A DNA stretch of 64,000 bases, from the NCBI RefSeq assembly GCF_018350175.1, contig NC_058369.1, positions 25,732,001 through 25,796,000 on the forward strand. Reading direction: 5' to 3'. How positions within the stretch are numbered: the stretch's first letter is position 1; each line of letters begins with the position of its first letter. Positions 12,203-24,556 of the stretch are shown piece by piece. Position numbers and translations under genes: made by a program. The DNA comes from Felis catus (taxonomy: Eukaryota). The notes under the pieces were generated by a model that was given only the letters and a program-made list of their open reading frames with translations, was not told the DNA's origin and did no database searches.

Positions 12203-12315
12203 CTTTAAGTAAACTGGTAAATCTTTGTCATAATGATCCAGGAGACAATGCAGTGACACCCTCCTCCCAGAAGATTGTCGAAATCTAAAACAAAACTGGG
12301 TATCTCCAAGACAAC
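12203..12315 (-). CDS. DENND6A: DENND6A exon 4 ([38 protein letters not shown])
   Basis: 113 nt; acceptor ttttcattag|, donor AAG|GTTGGA; phase 1-0 restores the frame with exon 3. Confidence 0.95.
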
Positions 12316-12722
12316 CTAATGAAAACAAAAATGAAAGTAATTAAGAATAGCATAGCATAACATTTATTTACCCAGATTCATCAAATGTTAGAGCTAATAA
12401 GGTCCTATCAACCGTTTAAACCCATTCTATCACGTTTTAGAAGAGAACAAGGAGATCCTGAGAATTCAAGTGACTTGTCCAAAGCTACCTTTGCTGGTTA
12501 GAGGCAAAGCCATTAGCAAAACATGCATCTTAACTCCTATGTCTCCTTACTATTTTCCTATTCCATTTTCCCCAAGTAATTAAAAAAAAAATTTTAACTG
12601 TTTGCATGTAATGTTGACTCACAGACATAATAATGAGAAAAGGAAGCCAAATGCAAAAGGACGTATACAGTTCAAATCCATTTATATAGTTTTTGTTATT
12701 TTTTTTAAAGCAGGCAAAACTA

Positions 12723-12945
12723 GGGGCGCCTGGGTGGCGCAGTCGGTTAAGCGTCCGACTTCAGCCAGGTCACAATCTCGTGGTCCCTGAGGTCGAGCCC
12801 CGCGTCGGGCTCTGGGCTGATGGCTCAAAGCCTGGAGCCTGTTTCCGATTCTGTGTCTCCCTCTCTCTCTGCCCCTCCCCCGTTCATGCTCTGTCTCTCT
12901 CTGTCCCAAAAATAAATAAAAAACGTTGAAAAAAAAATTTTTTTT
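12723..12945 (+). mobile_element. Young feline SINE (SINEC_Fc-type) inside an old L1M fragment
   Basis: Diagnostic ggtggcgcagtcggttaagcgtccgacttcagccaggtcac; TSD ttttttaaagcaggcaaaacta. Confidence 0.93.
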
Positions 12946-13267
12946 AAAGCAGGCAAAACTAAACTATAGTGTTTAGGGATGCATAATTGGGTGATAAAAG
13001 TATAAAGAAAAGCAAGACACTTATCACTGTAAGAATCAGAATTGTGGTTGTATTTGGAGGGAGAAAGGAAACAGTGTTTAGGAGGGGACATGAGGGAATA
13101 TGAGGGGGCTTTTAAGGCACTGGCAAGTTCTATTTCTAGACCTTGTATGTGTTTTGTATTTCACAATGAGAAGTTTTTTTTTAAAAGACATAATATAGCA
13201 AACTCAGGAAGAACCCAAGTAATAGATTCACTATTTTCCTCATTTTAATTTAAAAGGTTTTTGATTA

Positions 13268-13487
13268 GGAACGGCTGGGTGGCTCAGTCGGTTAGGCATC
13301 CGGCTCAGGTCACAATCTCGCAGTTCGTGGGTTCGAGCTCCGCATTGGGACCTGTGCTGACAGCTGGGGGCCTAAGCCTGCATTTTGTGTCTCCCTCTCT
13401 CTCTGCCCCTCCCATGCTCATGCTCTGTCTCTCTCTCTCTCTCAAAAAATAAACATTGGAAATAAAAATAAAAATAAAATAAATAAA
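13268..13487 (+). mobile_element. Can-SINE
   Basis: TSD taaaaggttttt. Confidence 0.88.
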
Positions 13488-13844
13488 AGGTTTTTAATTA
13501 ATAAAGTTTTTAAACATTAATCATTTCTACCAAACCTCTTAAAACATGTAAAATTTACCTAAACTATCTGGCAATAATTACAAAAAAAACCCCATAAATA
13601 GTCTAAAAAGTCAAAGACATATTAAGTAGCTTATCACTGAAATTCTTCCTGGTAATTATATTTAAGAACTAATAAGATTATATTAAATATGAAATGTGCT
13701 CAAGATTTTATTATTTACTATTACACACTGAAGTACTTATATTTTCTTAGCACGTGAAGTTCTCAACAAAGGAGGTAGAAACTTGTTAATGTTTAAGTTT
13801 TTTAAAAAACAACATACCTAAATGCAGTTATAGAAACTAATATT

Positions 13845-14066
13845 TCTTATTTATTTTTAATTTTTTTAATGTTTATTTATTTATTTTCAGAGAGAGAGCA
13901 CACGCGGGGAAAGGGGAGGGTAAAAGGGAGAGGAAGAGAATCCCAAGCAGACTCCACGCTGTCAGCACAGAGCCCGATGTGGAGCTTGATCTCCTAAACC
14001 ATGAGACCATGACCTAAGCCAAAACCAAGAGTTAGTGCTTAACTGACTGAGCTACCCAGGCGCCCC
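13845..14066 (-). mobile_element. Can-SINE
   Basis: TSD tagaaactaatatttctt. Confidence 0.9.
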
Positions 14067-14302
14067 TAGAAACTAATATTTCTTTGGTGATGAAGTGGGC
14101 AGGGGACTGGAGGATGGGTCAAGTCAATTTCTTTACTTGTTACAATAGATAGTTTAAAAATAAGGAAAACACATGAAACCTGAGATAATGGAAAACACTC
14201 CTAGCATTGTTTTAGTTCAAGAGATTTATAAATTGATGGTTCAATTTTTCCCTTTATTAGACATTTAAATATTGTGGTTTTTTTTTTAAAAAAGGGAAGA
14301 AA

Positions 14303-15100
14303 GAGCCAACAGACATGAACAGATGCTCAACATCACTCATCATAGCAAAATGCAAATCAAAACTACTATGAGATACCATCTCATTCCTGTCAGAATGGCT
14401 AAAATCAAAAATACAAGAAATAAGTGTTGATGAGGATGTGGAGAAAAAGGAACCTTCATGCACTGCTGGGGGGAATGCAAACTGGTACAGTCACTTTGGA
14501 AAGCAATATGGAGATGCCTCAAAAAAATTAGAAGTTGATCTACCCTGTGATCTAGTAATCACACTAAATCACACTACTGGGTATTTAGCCAAAGAATACA
14601 AAACCTAATTCAAAAGAATATATACACCCCTATGTTTATTGCACCATTATTTACAATAGGCAAATTATGGAAGCTGTCCAAAGGTCCATCGATAGATGAG
14701 TAGATAATATATACACAATATATATACACACAATGGATAATTATCCAGCCATAAAAAAGAATGAAATTTTGCCACATGCAACAACAAAAATGGATCTAGA
14801 GAGTACAATGCTAAGTGAAAAAAGTCAGAGAAAGACAAATACCACATGACTTCACTCACATGTGGAATTTAAAAAGCAAAACAAAGGAAAAAGAGAAACA
14901 CAAACCAAGAAATAGACTCAACAATAGAGAACAAACTGATGGTTGCCAGTGGGGGGTGGGTGAAATAGGTGATAGGGATTAAAGAGTGCACTTGTGATGA
15001 GCACTGAGTAACGTATAGAATTGTTTAATCACTATATTGTACACCTGAAACTAATATAACACTGTATGTTAAAACATATTTAAAAAAAAAAAAAAAAAGA
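14303..15100 (+). mobile_element. 5'-truncated carnivore L1 (ORF2 end + 3' UTR + poly-A)
   Basis: atgcaaatcaaaactactatgagatacc, gaatgaaattttgcca; A tail at about 15081-15098. Confidence 0.9.
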
Positions 15101-15479
15101 AAATGCCACTAAGAAGGACACATTAATTTCTCTGAGACACGTAATAGGATAGAGCAGGAAAAGATAATGGATTTTAAGAAACAGATACGTAGCATCTGGA
15201 AAATGCAAAGAATGCTGAATTTTGTGAAAGGGAAGTAATGAAGCTCCCATAGCCTTAACTCCCTACCCATCCAGCTCTATTCTCAAATCATGGGCATGCT
15301 GTGAGAACTTTCCAGTAATCAGCTGCACCCACAAGCTGTACAGAATTGGTCAAGAAGTTCACCAAGTCGAAAAGCTTTAGCCATGTTATCCTTGTCAACT
15401 GAGGTAAATGGTTCCTGTTTTATGTTTCAGAGGTCTGTCCCTTCACACACTAAAGGTTACTAAAGAAATATCAACTCTT

Positions 15480-15620
15480 GGGGCACCTTGGGTGGCTCAG
15501 TCAGTTAAGCATCTGACTCTTGATCTCAGCTCAGGTCTTGATTTCAGGGTCATGAGTTCAAGCCCGTGTGGGGCTCCACGCCAGGCATGAAGCCTGAGAA
15601 AGAAAGGAAGAAAGGAAGAA
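15480..15620 (+). mobile_element. Short Can-SINE
   Basis: TSD aagaaatatcaactc. Confidence 0.85.
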
Positions 15621-16669
15621 ATATCAACTCCTTATCTTGCTAGACCTGTGTTCTCCATTCTGACCTCATCATTATGATGAGAAAGGAGACATTACAGATT
15701 GACGATCAGATTTTTTGCATTTGCTATGCAGAAAATGATACCTAGAAAGAGCAAGGAAATCCTGACACCCTACAACCTCATCAAAAATAAATCTCTACTG
15801 TTAGTATGAGCCATTCAGTTTGTCAGTTTAACAAGAGACTGCAGCTCTACACAAGCAACATAACAATTACGTGTGAAAAACGGTTACATGAATGTGATTG
15901 TGGGGGAAAAGTTGGGACCCGAGGACAAAGGCACCACAGTCAATGGAATCTAGTCCCAGGTCTGTCAATAATTAGTGTTCTAGAAGTCACTTAACCTAAG
16001 ATTCTCAATTTCCTTGTCAACAAAAATGGTATCATAAGATACTCTCTAAAGTCACTTCTAGTGGCTATGTTCAATTATTCTAAAATAAAACTCCACAACT
16101 GACCTATAATTGTACTGAATTCCAAGCATCCTTTACCCAACATATTCACTAAGCTCTACAAAACTCCAAAAAGACCTAAAAGTTATGCTATTTGCACCAC
16201 ACCTTTCTGATTATTAACATTAAAAATGAGAAAACATTTTAATGGAAATCATTTTTTCCTTATATAAACCAAGGTATAAGGATTAACTTACACAAGTTTT
16301 AAGATCAAGTGACAGCTCTCCAAGAAAAATAAACCTTAATATGGGTTCTTGATCAAGAGCAACATAAACCCTTTCCTTTGATAAAATAGCAAGTATTAAG
16401 AAAGCAGCAGATTTGCTCAGTAAAACCCCACAGCTTTAAGGTAAGTTCCAGTTTAATCAAGACCATGGTTACTAGCCTAGAAAAAAGAACTAATAAACCA
16501 ACACTCTTTAAACCAAGAAAATTGCTGTGACCTTTCCCCACCATCCTTTTCCAAATAACTAAGTTCTTACAACAGAAATCAAACACAATCCCAGGTCAAA
16601 ATTATTTTCATTATATTTTGTCACTATTTTGGAAGTGATTTTTCCCTTTCAATATATGAGTTGAACACT

Positions 16670-16915
16670 ACTATTTAATGAGTGCTTATCCTGTTCCAGG
16701 CACTGTTCTAAATGCTTTAGATATATTAACTCATTTGGTCTTCATGCTTCTTAGGTACATCCCATTATCATTCCTGTTTATGAAGAGGAAACCAAGGCAT
16801 AAAAAGGTCATGTAAACACCCAATAAAATAAATCTCCTAAATGGCAGAGCAAGAATTTAAATCCAAGAAGTTTGACTCTGGAGCTGGTACTCCTGACAAC
16901 TGCATCATACTGGCT
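16670..16915. mobile_element. MIR
   Basis: ccaggcactgttctaaatgcttt...gaggaaaccaaggcat...ggcagagcaagaattt core. Confidence 0.7.
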
Positions 16916-17247
16916 CTTTCAAGTCAAGACCTAAAAAACACTCCTATTCATATGAAATATCCAGAGTATATAAATCCATACAGGAAGTAGACAGGTGGTT
17001 GCCTACGACTGGTGGGGGGTGAAGTAGGTGGAAGGGAAATGGAGAATGGAGTTTCTTTCTGGGGGACAAAAGTTTTCTAGAATTGATCGTGGTGATAGTT
17101 GCACAACTCTATAGATATACTAAAAATCATTGAATTATACACTTTACATGGGTGAATCATATCTCAATAAAACATTTTTAACATGACTTTATTGCCAATT
17201 GGAGCAGAGATCAAAAGCTTCTTCACTCAAAAAAAAAGTCCTTCTTT

Positions 17248-17587
17248 GGGGCACCTGGGTAGCTCAGTCGGTTGAGCATCCGACTTTGGCTCAGGTCACG
17301 ATCTCGTGGTCTGTGAGTTCGAGCCCCGCGTTGGGCTCTGTGCTGACAGCTCAGTGCCTGGAGCCTGCTTCGGATTCTGTGTCTCCCTCTCTCTCTGCCT
17401 CTCCCCCGCTCATGCTCTCTCTCTCTCTGTCAAAAATTAATAAACATTAAAAAAAAAAAGTCCTTTTGGGCGCCTGGCTGGTTCAGTCTGCACAGTATGC
17501 AACTCTTGATGCTGGGAGTTGGGAGTTCAAGCTGCATGTTGGGTACAGAGGTTACTTAAATAAATAAACTTAAAAAAAAAAGGTTAG
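17248..17587 (+). mobile_element. Tandem Can-SINEs (17248-17459 and old short type 17468-17587)
   Basis: Target sequence aaaaaaagtcctt present three times. Confidence 0.9.
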
Positions 17588-17742
17588 AAAAAAAGTCCTT
17601 CTGAAAAACACCCTTCAGATCACACTTCTTGAACTCACTGGTCTCTGTGCCACACAGTTCATTCAAGTAAGGAGTCGGTTCTTTCAGTCATGGCTCTTCC
17701 TACATAAATGTCACATGGAATACCAAGAAGAGCTTTCCCTCC

Positions 17743-18615
17743 ATATGGTCAACTAATCTTCGACAAAGTAGGAAAGACTGTACAACGGAAAAAAGACAGT
17801 CTCTTCAACAAATGGTGTTGGGAAAATTGGATGGTGACATGCAGAAGAATGAAGCTGGACCACTTTCTTACACCACACACAAAAATAAATCCTAAATGGA
17901 TGAAAGACCTAAATATGAGACAGGAAACCATCAAAATCCTACAGGAGAACACAGGCCGAAACCTCTTTGACCTTGGCTGGAAGCAGCGTAATAGACACGT
18001 TGCAGAAGGCAAGGGAAACAAAAGGAAACATGAACTATTGGACTTCATTAAGATAAAAAGCTTCTGCCCAGCAAAGGAAACAATCAACAAAACTAAAAGG
18101 CAGCCTACAGACAAGATATTTGCAAATGACATATCTGATAAAGGATTAGTATCCAAAATCTATAAATAACTTATCAAACTCAACCCCCCCCCCCAAAAAA
18201 AAACCCAGTTAAGAAATGGGCAGAAGACATGAATAGATAGTTTTCCATAGGAGACATCCAGATGGCTAACAGACACATGAAAAGATGTTCAACATCACTC
18301 ATTATCAGGGAAATACAAATCAAAACCATGATGAGATACCATCTCCCACCTGTCAGAATGGCTAAAATTAGCAACACAAGAAACAACAGGTGTTGGTGAG
18401 GAGGCAGAGAAAGGGGAACCCTACTGCACTGTTGGTGGGAATGCAAACTGGTGCAGCCACTCAGGAGAACAGTATAGAAATTCCTCAAGAAACTAAAAAT
18501 AGAACTACCCTACAATCCAGCAATTGCACTATTAGGTATTTAGCCAAAGGATACAAAAATACAGATTTGCAGAGAGTAATGTCCATCAACTGATGAATGG
18601 GGTAAGGAAGATGTG

Positions 18616-18669
<54 letters not shown>

Positions 18670-19091
18670 GAATATTACTCAGCCATAAAAAAGAATGAAA
18701 TCTTGCCATTTGCAATGAAATGAATGGAGCTAGAACGTATTATGCTAAGCAAAATAAGTCAACCAGAGAAAGACAAATACTATATGATTTCACTCATATG
18801 TGGAATTTAAGAAACAAAAGAGATGAACATATGGGAAGTTGGGGGAAGAGAAGAGAAGGAAACAAACCACAAGAGACTCTTAATGATAGAGAACAAAGTA
18901 TGGGTAGATGGAGGGAAGTGGGTAGGAAATGGGCTACATGGGTGATGGGCACTAAGGAGGGCACTTGTGATAAGCACTGGGTGTTGTATGTAAGTGATGA
19001 ATCACTGAATTCTACTCCTGAAACCAATATTGCACCGTATTGTAACTAAAATTTAAATGAAGAAAAAAAAAAATACCTGGGAAAAAAAAAA
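17743..19091 (+). mobile_element. 5'-truncated carnivore L1 (ORF2 C-terminal fragment YGQLIFDK...KWCWENW...; contains (CA)n at 18618-18667)
   Basis: The ORF at 17708-18169 translates to the L1 ORF2p C-terminal region; 3' UTR and poly-A follow. Confidence 0.93.
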
Positions 19092-19435
19092 GAACTCTCC
19101 TCCCATTTTAAATTCTCAAGGGCATAGGGTATTTTCCAAGCCTCTTTCACATCTGCCAATCAAACCAAGACTGCAAAGCTAAACAGAGGACACCTTCTTG
19201 TACCAAAAATATCACTTAAAGATTCGAGATAAAAGCTTAAATACTATTCCCACAGGGAACAGACAACTTTAAAGATTATTTCTATATTAGCACAAACACA
19301 GCTATAGAGTAGATCAGGATGCATAAGACTAAGATAAAACACAAGACTTCAAGAGCTAGACTGGCTCTATGTAGTCACTCTCCCTGTGATTAAGAGCGGA
19401 TGAGTTGGAGTTGCAGAGAAGCAGGACTTTAGACC

Positions 19436-19727
19436 AGAGCTTCTCAAAGTATAGTCCACAGACTGATGCCAGTCCACAAACTCTTGTTACTAATCCATGA
19501 CAAAATAAATATCCAACTTGAGAATAATTATTTAGAAAGTCTTACAGAAATCTGATACTGCCATAACAAATTTGGACTTTTATTTTGCATTTCTTTCATT
19601 TTTCTCCCGTTCATTTTTCTAAATATGCATTTAGATTGCATTTCATAAAAGCATGGTCCACAACAGATTGGAATTTTTTAAAAATCCAACTGGCTCTTCA
19701 ATACAGATAGTGTGTGAAGTACTGCTC
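19436..19727. mobile_element. hAT-Charlie-like DNA transposon remnant
   Basis: Degenerate terminal inverted repeats cagagcttctcaaa ... gtgtgaagtactg. Confidence 0.5.
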
Positions 19728-19846
19728 TCACCAGTGGGAAGGGTAAAATACATGATGATGTCCCTGTTGTTTACAGAGAAGAAATCTGTTGAGACAAATA
19801 CTGTCTGCATATCTAATCCATCCAGATCAAGAATTAATCTTTCCAA

Positions 19847-19983
19847 CAGCACCTGGGTGGCTCAGTCGGTTAAGTGTCCCAACTCTTGATTTCCGGCTCA
19901 GGTCACAATCTCATGATTGTGAGATCGAATCCTGCATCTGCTGGTGCTGTCTGCTGTCTCCCTCTCTCTCTGCCCCTCCCCGG

Positions 19984-20014
<31 letters not shown>

Positions 20015-20040
20015 AAAAATAAACATTAAGAAAAAAAAAG
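19847..20040 (+). mobile_element. Can-SINE
   Basis: TSD aagaattaatctttcc. Confidence 0.88.
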
Positions 20041-20252
20041 AATTAATCTTTCCCTTGGATTCATCCTTATTTGAAACTCCCTCTACTAATACTGAATTTT
20101 CATTCTGGACATATTTAAAATGTAGTGATTATAGTCCTTGGGTACCCATCATAGCTTAAGCCTCAGAAACACCTGCATCCAGATGATATTAATGGTAATC
20201 AACACAGAGAAAAAAAATCTGACAAATATTTATGAGAGAGAAGGCACACTTT

Positions 20253-20512
20253 ATTTTTTTATTTATTTATTTTTTTAAAGAGATGGAAATTTTTTTTTTT
20301 AATTATTTTTTTTTCAACGTTTATTTATTTTTGGGACAGAGAGAGACAGAGCATGAACGGGGGAGGGGCAGAGAGAGAGGGAGACACAGAATCGGAAACA
20401 GGCTCCAGGCTCTGAGCCATCAGAGCCTGATGCGGGGCTCGAACTCACGGACCGCGAGATCGTGACCTGGCTGAAGTCGGACGCTCAACCGACTGCTCCA
20501 CCCAGGCGCCCC
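20253..20512 (-). mobile_element. Young feline SINE with a composite tail
   Basis: TSD gagaaggcacacttta. Confidence 0.92.
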
Positions 20513-20664
20513 GAGAAGGCACACTTTAAATTTAGGCTCCTAAAGTCACTCAAATGGAACAAAAGAAACTGAAACCTAAAAACAAACTAAACAAAAAATT
20601 TTCTTCTAAAGTCACAGGATCTAAGGTATGTGTGGCTGTTAACTAACTTGGATTTAAATTTTAT

Positions 20665-21156
20665 TATTATTAAATATAATTTATTGTCAAATTGGTTTCC
20701 ATACAACACCCAGTGCTCATCCCAACAGGTGCCCTCCTCAATGCCCATCACCCACTTCCCCTCTCCCCCAGCCCTGACCAACCCTCAGTTTGTTCTAAGT
20801 ATTTAAGAGTCTCTTATGGTTTGCCTCCCTCCCTCCCTCTCTGTAACTTTTTTTTTCCCCTTCCCCTCACTCATGGTCTTTTGTTAAGTTTCTCAGGATC
20901 CACCTATGAGTGAAAACATACAGTATCTGTATAGACAGATAATATAGACAGAATTAATTAATTAGGCTAATTAATTAATAAGGCTAATTAATTAACCTAA
21001 GGCTATTAATTAACTAATTAATTAATAAGGCTCTGCCAGCCTTATTTCACTTAGCATAATACCCTCCAGTTCCATCCACATTGCTACAAATGGCCAGATT
21101 TCATTCTTTCTCATTGCCAAGTAGTATTTCATTGTATACATAAACTACATCTTCTT
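20665..21156 (-). mobile_element. 5'-truncated feline L1 3' end
   Basis: 21-bp TSD taacttggatttaaattttat at 20644-20664 and 21157-21177. Confidence 0.92.
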
Positions 21157-21177
21157 TAACTTGGATTTAAATTTTAT

Positions 21178-21560
21178 AAATAAATAAATAAATAAATAAA
21201 TCCAAGATGCTACTACCACTGAGCTTTTATATAAATTAATTTATTATAAATTAATATTATAAATTAATAACAAATTATAATATATATTTATATATTTATA
21301 TAATCTATTTATATATTATATAAAATTATAAAAATATGTATAATATATATTATATACTTATATATTATATAAAATAAGAATATATATAATATATGTATTT
21401 TATATATAACATATATATGATGAATATATATAAATTAATAAATTAAAAATAAAAATAAATTATAAATAATTAATTTATTTATATAAATATAAATTATATT
21501 TAATATAATTAAGAATAAATAAATAAATAATAAATAAATAAATAAATGTATTACTATTGT
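21178..21560. repeat. Extremely AT-rich low-complexity tract
   Basis: Almost pure A/T, made of (TA)n and (TAAA)n blocks. Confidence 0.9.
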
Positions 21561-22018
21561 CAAAAAATAAGGTATGTATGGATAGCAGCTGGAGGAAGTG
21601 GAGGAATGGCAAATCATTCCTTTGGGAATCCCAAAAGCACTCTTCCTTACCTATACACCCTTGATTCTGAATCTTGTTTCACTGTTTCTAAGTGTGCGCG
21701 ATGGAAACAAAACTTAGATTATGATTCTTTCCTAAAGACTGTTCTACTGTGCCTGGATTTCCTTCCAAAACAATAAAAGCTATTTTGAGAAAAATTCAAA
21801 TCCATTTCAAAGTTAGCACAGCAATCCCAACTTGCATTTCATAAACATATAAGTGAAACAAATTGTTTGGATAATCACAACTGAGAATAGAACTCTCAAA
21901 TACATAAAAACTCACAGCCTATTGCTATCTAGATTAATATTCATCTCTTAGGATGACCAAGGTGTCTCCTTTTAAGACCTTTTGTCAATTTCACTTCTAA
22001 GTATCAACCGTACTTTAA

Positions 22019-22218
22019 TGTTTTATTTATTTTTGAGACAGAGAGAGACAGAGCATGAACGGGGGAAGGTCAGAGAGAGGGAGACACAGAATCGGAAGCA
22101 GGCTCCAGGCTCTGAGCCATCAGCCCAGAGCCCGACACGGGGCTCGAACTCACGGACCGCGAGATCGTGACCTGAGCTGAAGTCTGACGTTTAACCGACT
22201 GAGCCACCCAGGCACCCC
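22019..22218 (-). mobile_element. Can-SINE
   Basis: TSD tcaaccgtactttaa. Confidence 0.92.
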
Positions 22219-23465
22219 TCAACCGTACTTTAAATAAAACAAACCCTACTTCATTTGATGTGCAGCTTTTAAAAAAGGCATTACAAAACACCTGTAGGTC
22301 ACTCAAGTGACTAAAATACTGAACAAATTCTGATTTACATTTGAGTTTAATTTCTAACAAGACAGGGATACATGGAGTGACTGACTAAAAGAAAAACTAT
22401 AATAAAAACTAAAAATAAAAAAGGCTATCCAAATTATCTTCTTAGCCTTGAAACTCATGCAGAAAGGTGAAAAAGAGAGCCATGAAAACCAGCTATAATC
22501 TCAAAAGGAAGAGTGTGCAGTGTAATGCACCAGGACTCCAATAACAACAAGTCAGTTTATCCTGTAATGCAGCTTACCCTGAGACCTGGAAGTCCAATCC
22601 AACACTCACTACATTCAGAACTGCATGTGTAGACTTTGTAAGGAAAATGTTAACTGAAATGAGGAAAAATCCTATAAGACCCCTCTATCATTTATTTCAT
22701 TAATGGACAAACATACTAAGAAATTCCAATAATTCCAAGTTAGAACAAAAGTCCTACTGGGATTTCTCAAAAGCATTTTCTTTTAACCAAGATACCATTT
22801 CTTTTTTATACAATTCATGAAGGCTGACTTGCAAATGTATAGGAAAGAACTCTGGAAACATTTACAAGGAAAGGAGAAAATGCTTTTACAAATTAAAATG
22901 TCAAATCTCCCAAATCAGATTAACTAAACTAAATTAAAAGGATATTAGAAGTAACCACTAAAGGAAAGGGAATAATGGAGTGCCTTTGCTTCATAGGGTT
23001 CTAACTGTGTGTGGTCTAAGATGTTGAATGTTCCGGTCACTACAAGTCTGAAAAGCTGTTTTGAAAGTGAAACAAAAGAGGCAACCTGAAAAATTTCAAC
23101 AATTAGGACCACACAAAGGGAGAGTTTGAAAGAGACCAGAAAAACCAAATTTAATAATAATAGCAAACACTTATATAGTGTTTACTATACACCAGGCACT
23201 ATTCCAAGTCTTTACATATATTAACTCACACAAACTATTACAAGTAATTGATGGCCATGCTTCATAACCAGATTCACTCTATTGTATTTTTTTTTAAGTC
23301 ACTGCTTTTACAGTTCTTGGTAAGCTTTCAAATCCCAAACTGAATGTAAACTACTTACTATAAATCTCCAAACATACCAACGTTGCTGGTTTTCACTCTC
23401 TTCACTATTTCAACAGTTTATTGCTCCTTGATGTTTTACCTCATTACAACATAACAGTTATTTTA

Positions 23466-23698
23466 TTTTTTATAATATTTTTTAAATTTTTTTAATGCTT
23501 ATTTATTTTCGAGACAGGGAGAGACAGAGCATGAACGGGGGAGGGTCAGAGAGAGAGAGGAAGACACAGAATCCAAAACAGGCTCCAGGCTCTGAGCTGT
23601 CAGCACAGAGCCCGACGCAGGGCTCGAACTCACGGGCCGCGAGATCATGACCTGAGCTGAGGTCGGACGCCCAGCCGACTGAGCCACCCAGGTGCCCC
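23466..23698 (-). mobile_element. Can-SINE
   Basis: TSD cataacagttatttt. Confidence 0.92.
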
Positions 23699-23905
23699 CA
23701 TAACAGTTATTTTAAAAATTGAACCAACTAAAATCAAAAAGGACATGGCTGGCATCGCAAAACTAAGAATCACAATCACTGACTTGCTAGGCTGAAACTG
23801 AGTTTGCATTCTAAAATTCTATTTCAATTCATTTTGATATATTAAGAGTATAATCAATATTCTTAGTATAAAATTCAACAAAAACACCACATGAAAAATA
23901 GTTAC

Positions 23906-23948
23906 CTGAATTTGAATCTGGAAAAGACAAATAGCAAATATTGGTTTT
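23906..23948 (-). CDS. DENND6A: DENND6A exon 3 (KTNICYLSFPDSNS+G)
   Basis: 43 nt; acceptor tttttcag|, donor CAG|GTAACT; 100-nt intron 2; conserved DENND6 SFPDSNSG motif. Confidence 0.95.
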
Positions 23949-24048
23949 CTGAAAAAGAAAACAAAAGCTATATATGTTGATACACATACACCAATAAAAA
24001 CAAACAGAAACACCATAGTAGACTATACAGAGCAACATTGTTACTTAC

Positions 24049-24087
24049 TTCCTTATCAGTAAGTTTGGAATGTTGAGGATAAATTAC
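24049..24087 (-). CDS. DENND6A: DENND6A exon 2 (VIYPQHSKLTDKE)
   Basis: 39 nt; acceptor ctttttcttccag|, donor GAA|GTAAGT; phase 0-0. Confidence 0.95.
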
Positions 24088-24206
24088 CTGGAAGAAAAAG
24101 AATTAAATTTTGTTAGACAAATATATTGAGTGTATATTATAAACATTAGCGGGTACTTCTATTACTAGTTGGCTATGGTCAAATAGTTTTAAGACATAGT
24201 TCACTA

Positions 24207-24412
24207 GGGGCACCTGGGTGGCTCAGTCGGTTAAGCGTCCAAACCTTGATTTTGGCTCAGGTCATGATCTCACACTTCATGAGATCAAGAATCTCACATC
24301 GGGCTCTGTGCTGAAAGTGCAAAGCCTGCCTGGGATTCTCTCTTGCCCTCTTTTTGCCCCTCTTCTGCTTGCTCTCTCTCTCTCTCTCTCAAAATAAATA
24401 AATAAACATTAA
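24207..24412 (+). mobile_element. Can-SINE
   Basis: TSD aagacatagttcac / aagaaatagttcac. Confidence 0.9.
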
Positions 24413-24556
24413 AGAAATAGTTCACAAACTCCAATAATGAAACATGAAAGAAGCTTGGGAGAATTGAGTAGGATTTACACTAAGGAAAAAAAAAAGTTCT
24501 GAGTCAAAGTTATCTCTAACAGATTGGTGAAGTCTTGGGTTATCAAGAATAATTTA

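Noticed and set aside
12723..12800. tRNA-like A-box/B-box sequences
   Set aside because: These are tRNA-derived SINE heads, not tRNA genes; they continue directly into the SINE body and tail
17708..18169. 153-aa ORF on the + strand
   Set aside because: Degenerate L1 ORF2p C-terminal fragment inside a 5'-truncated L1; not a host gene
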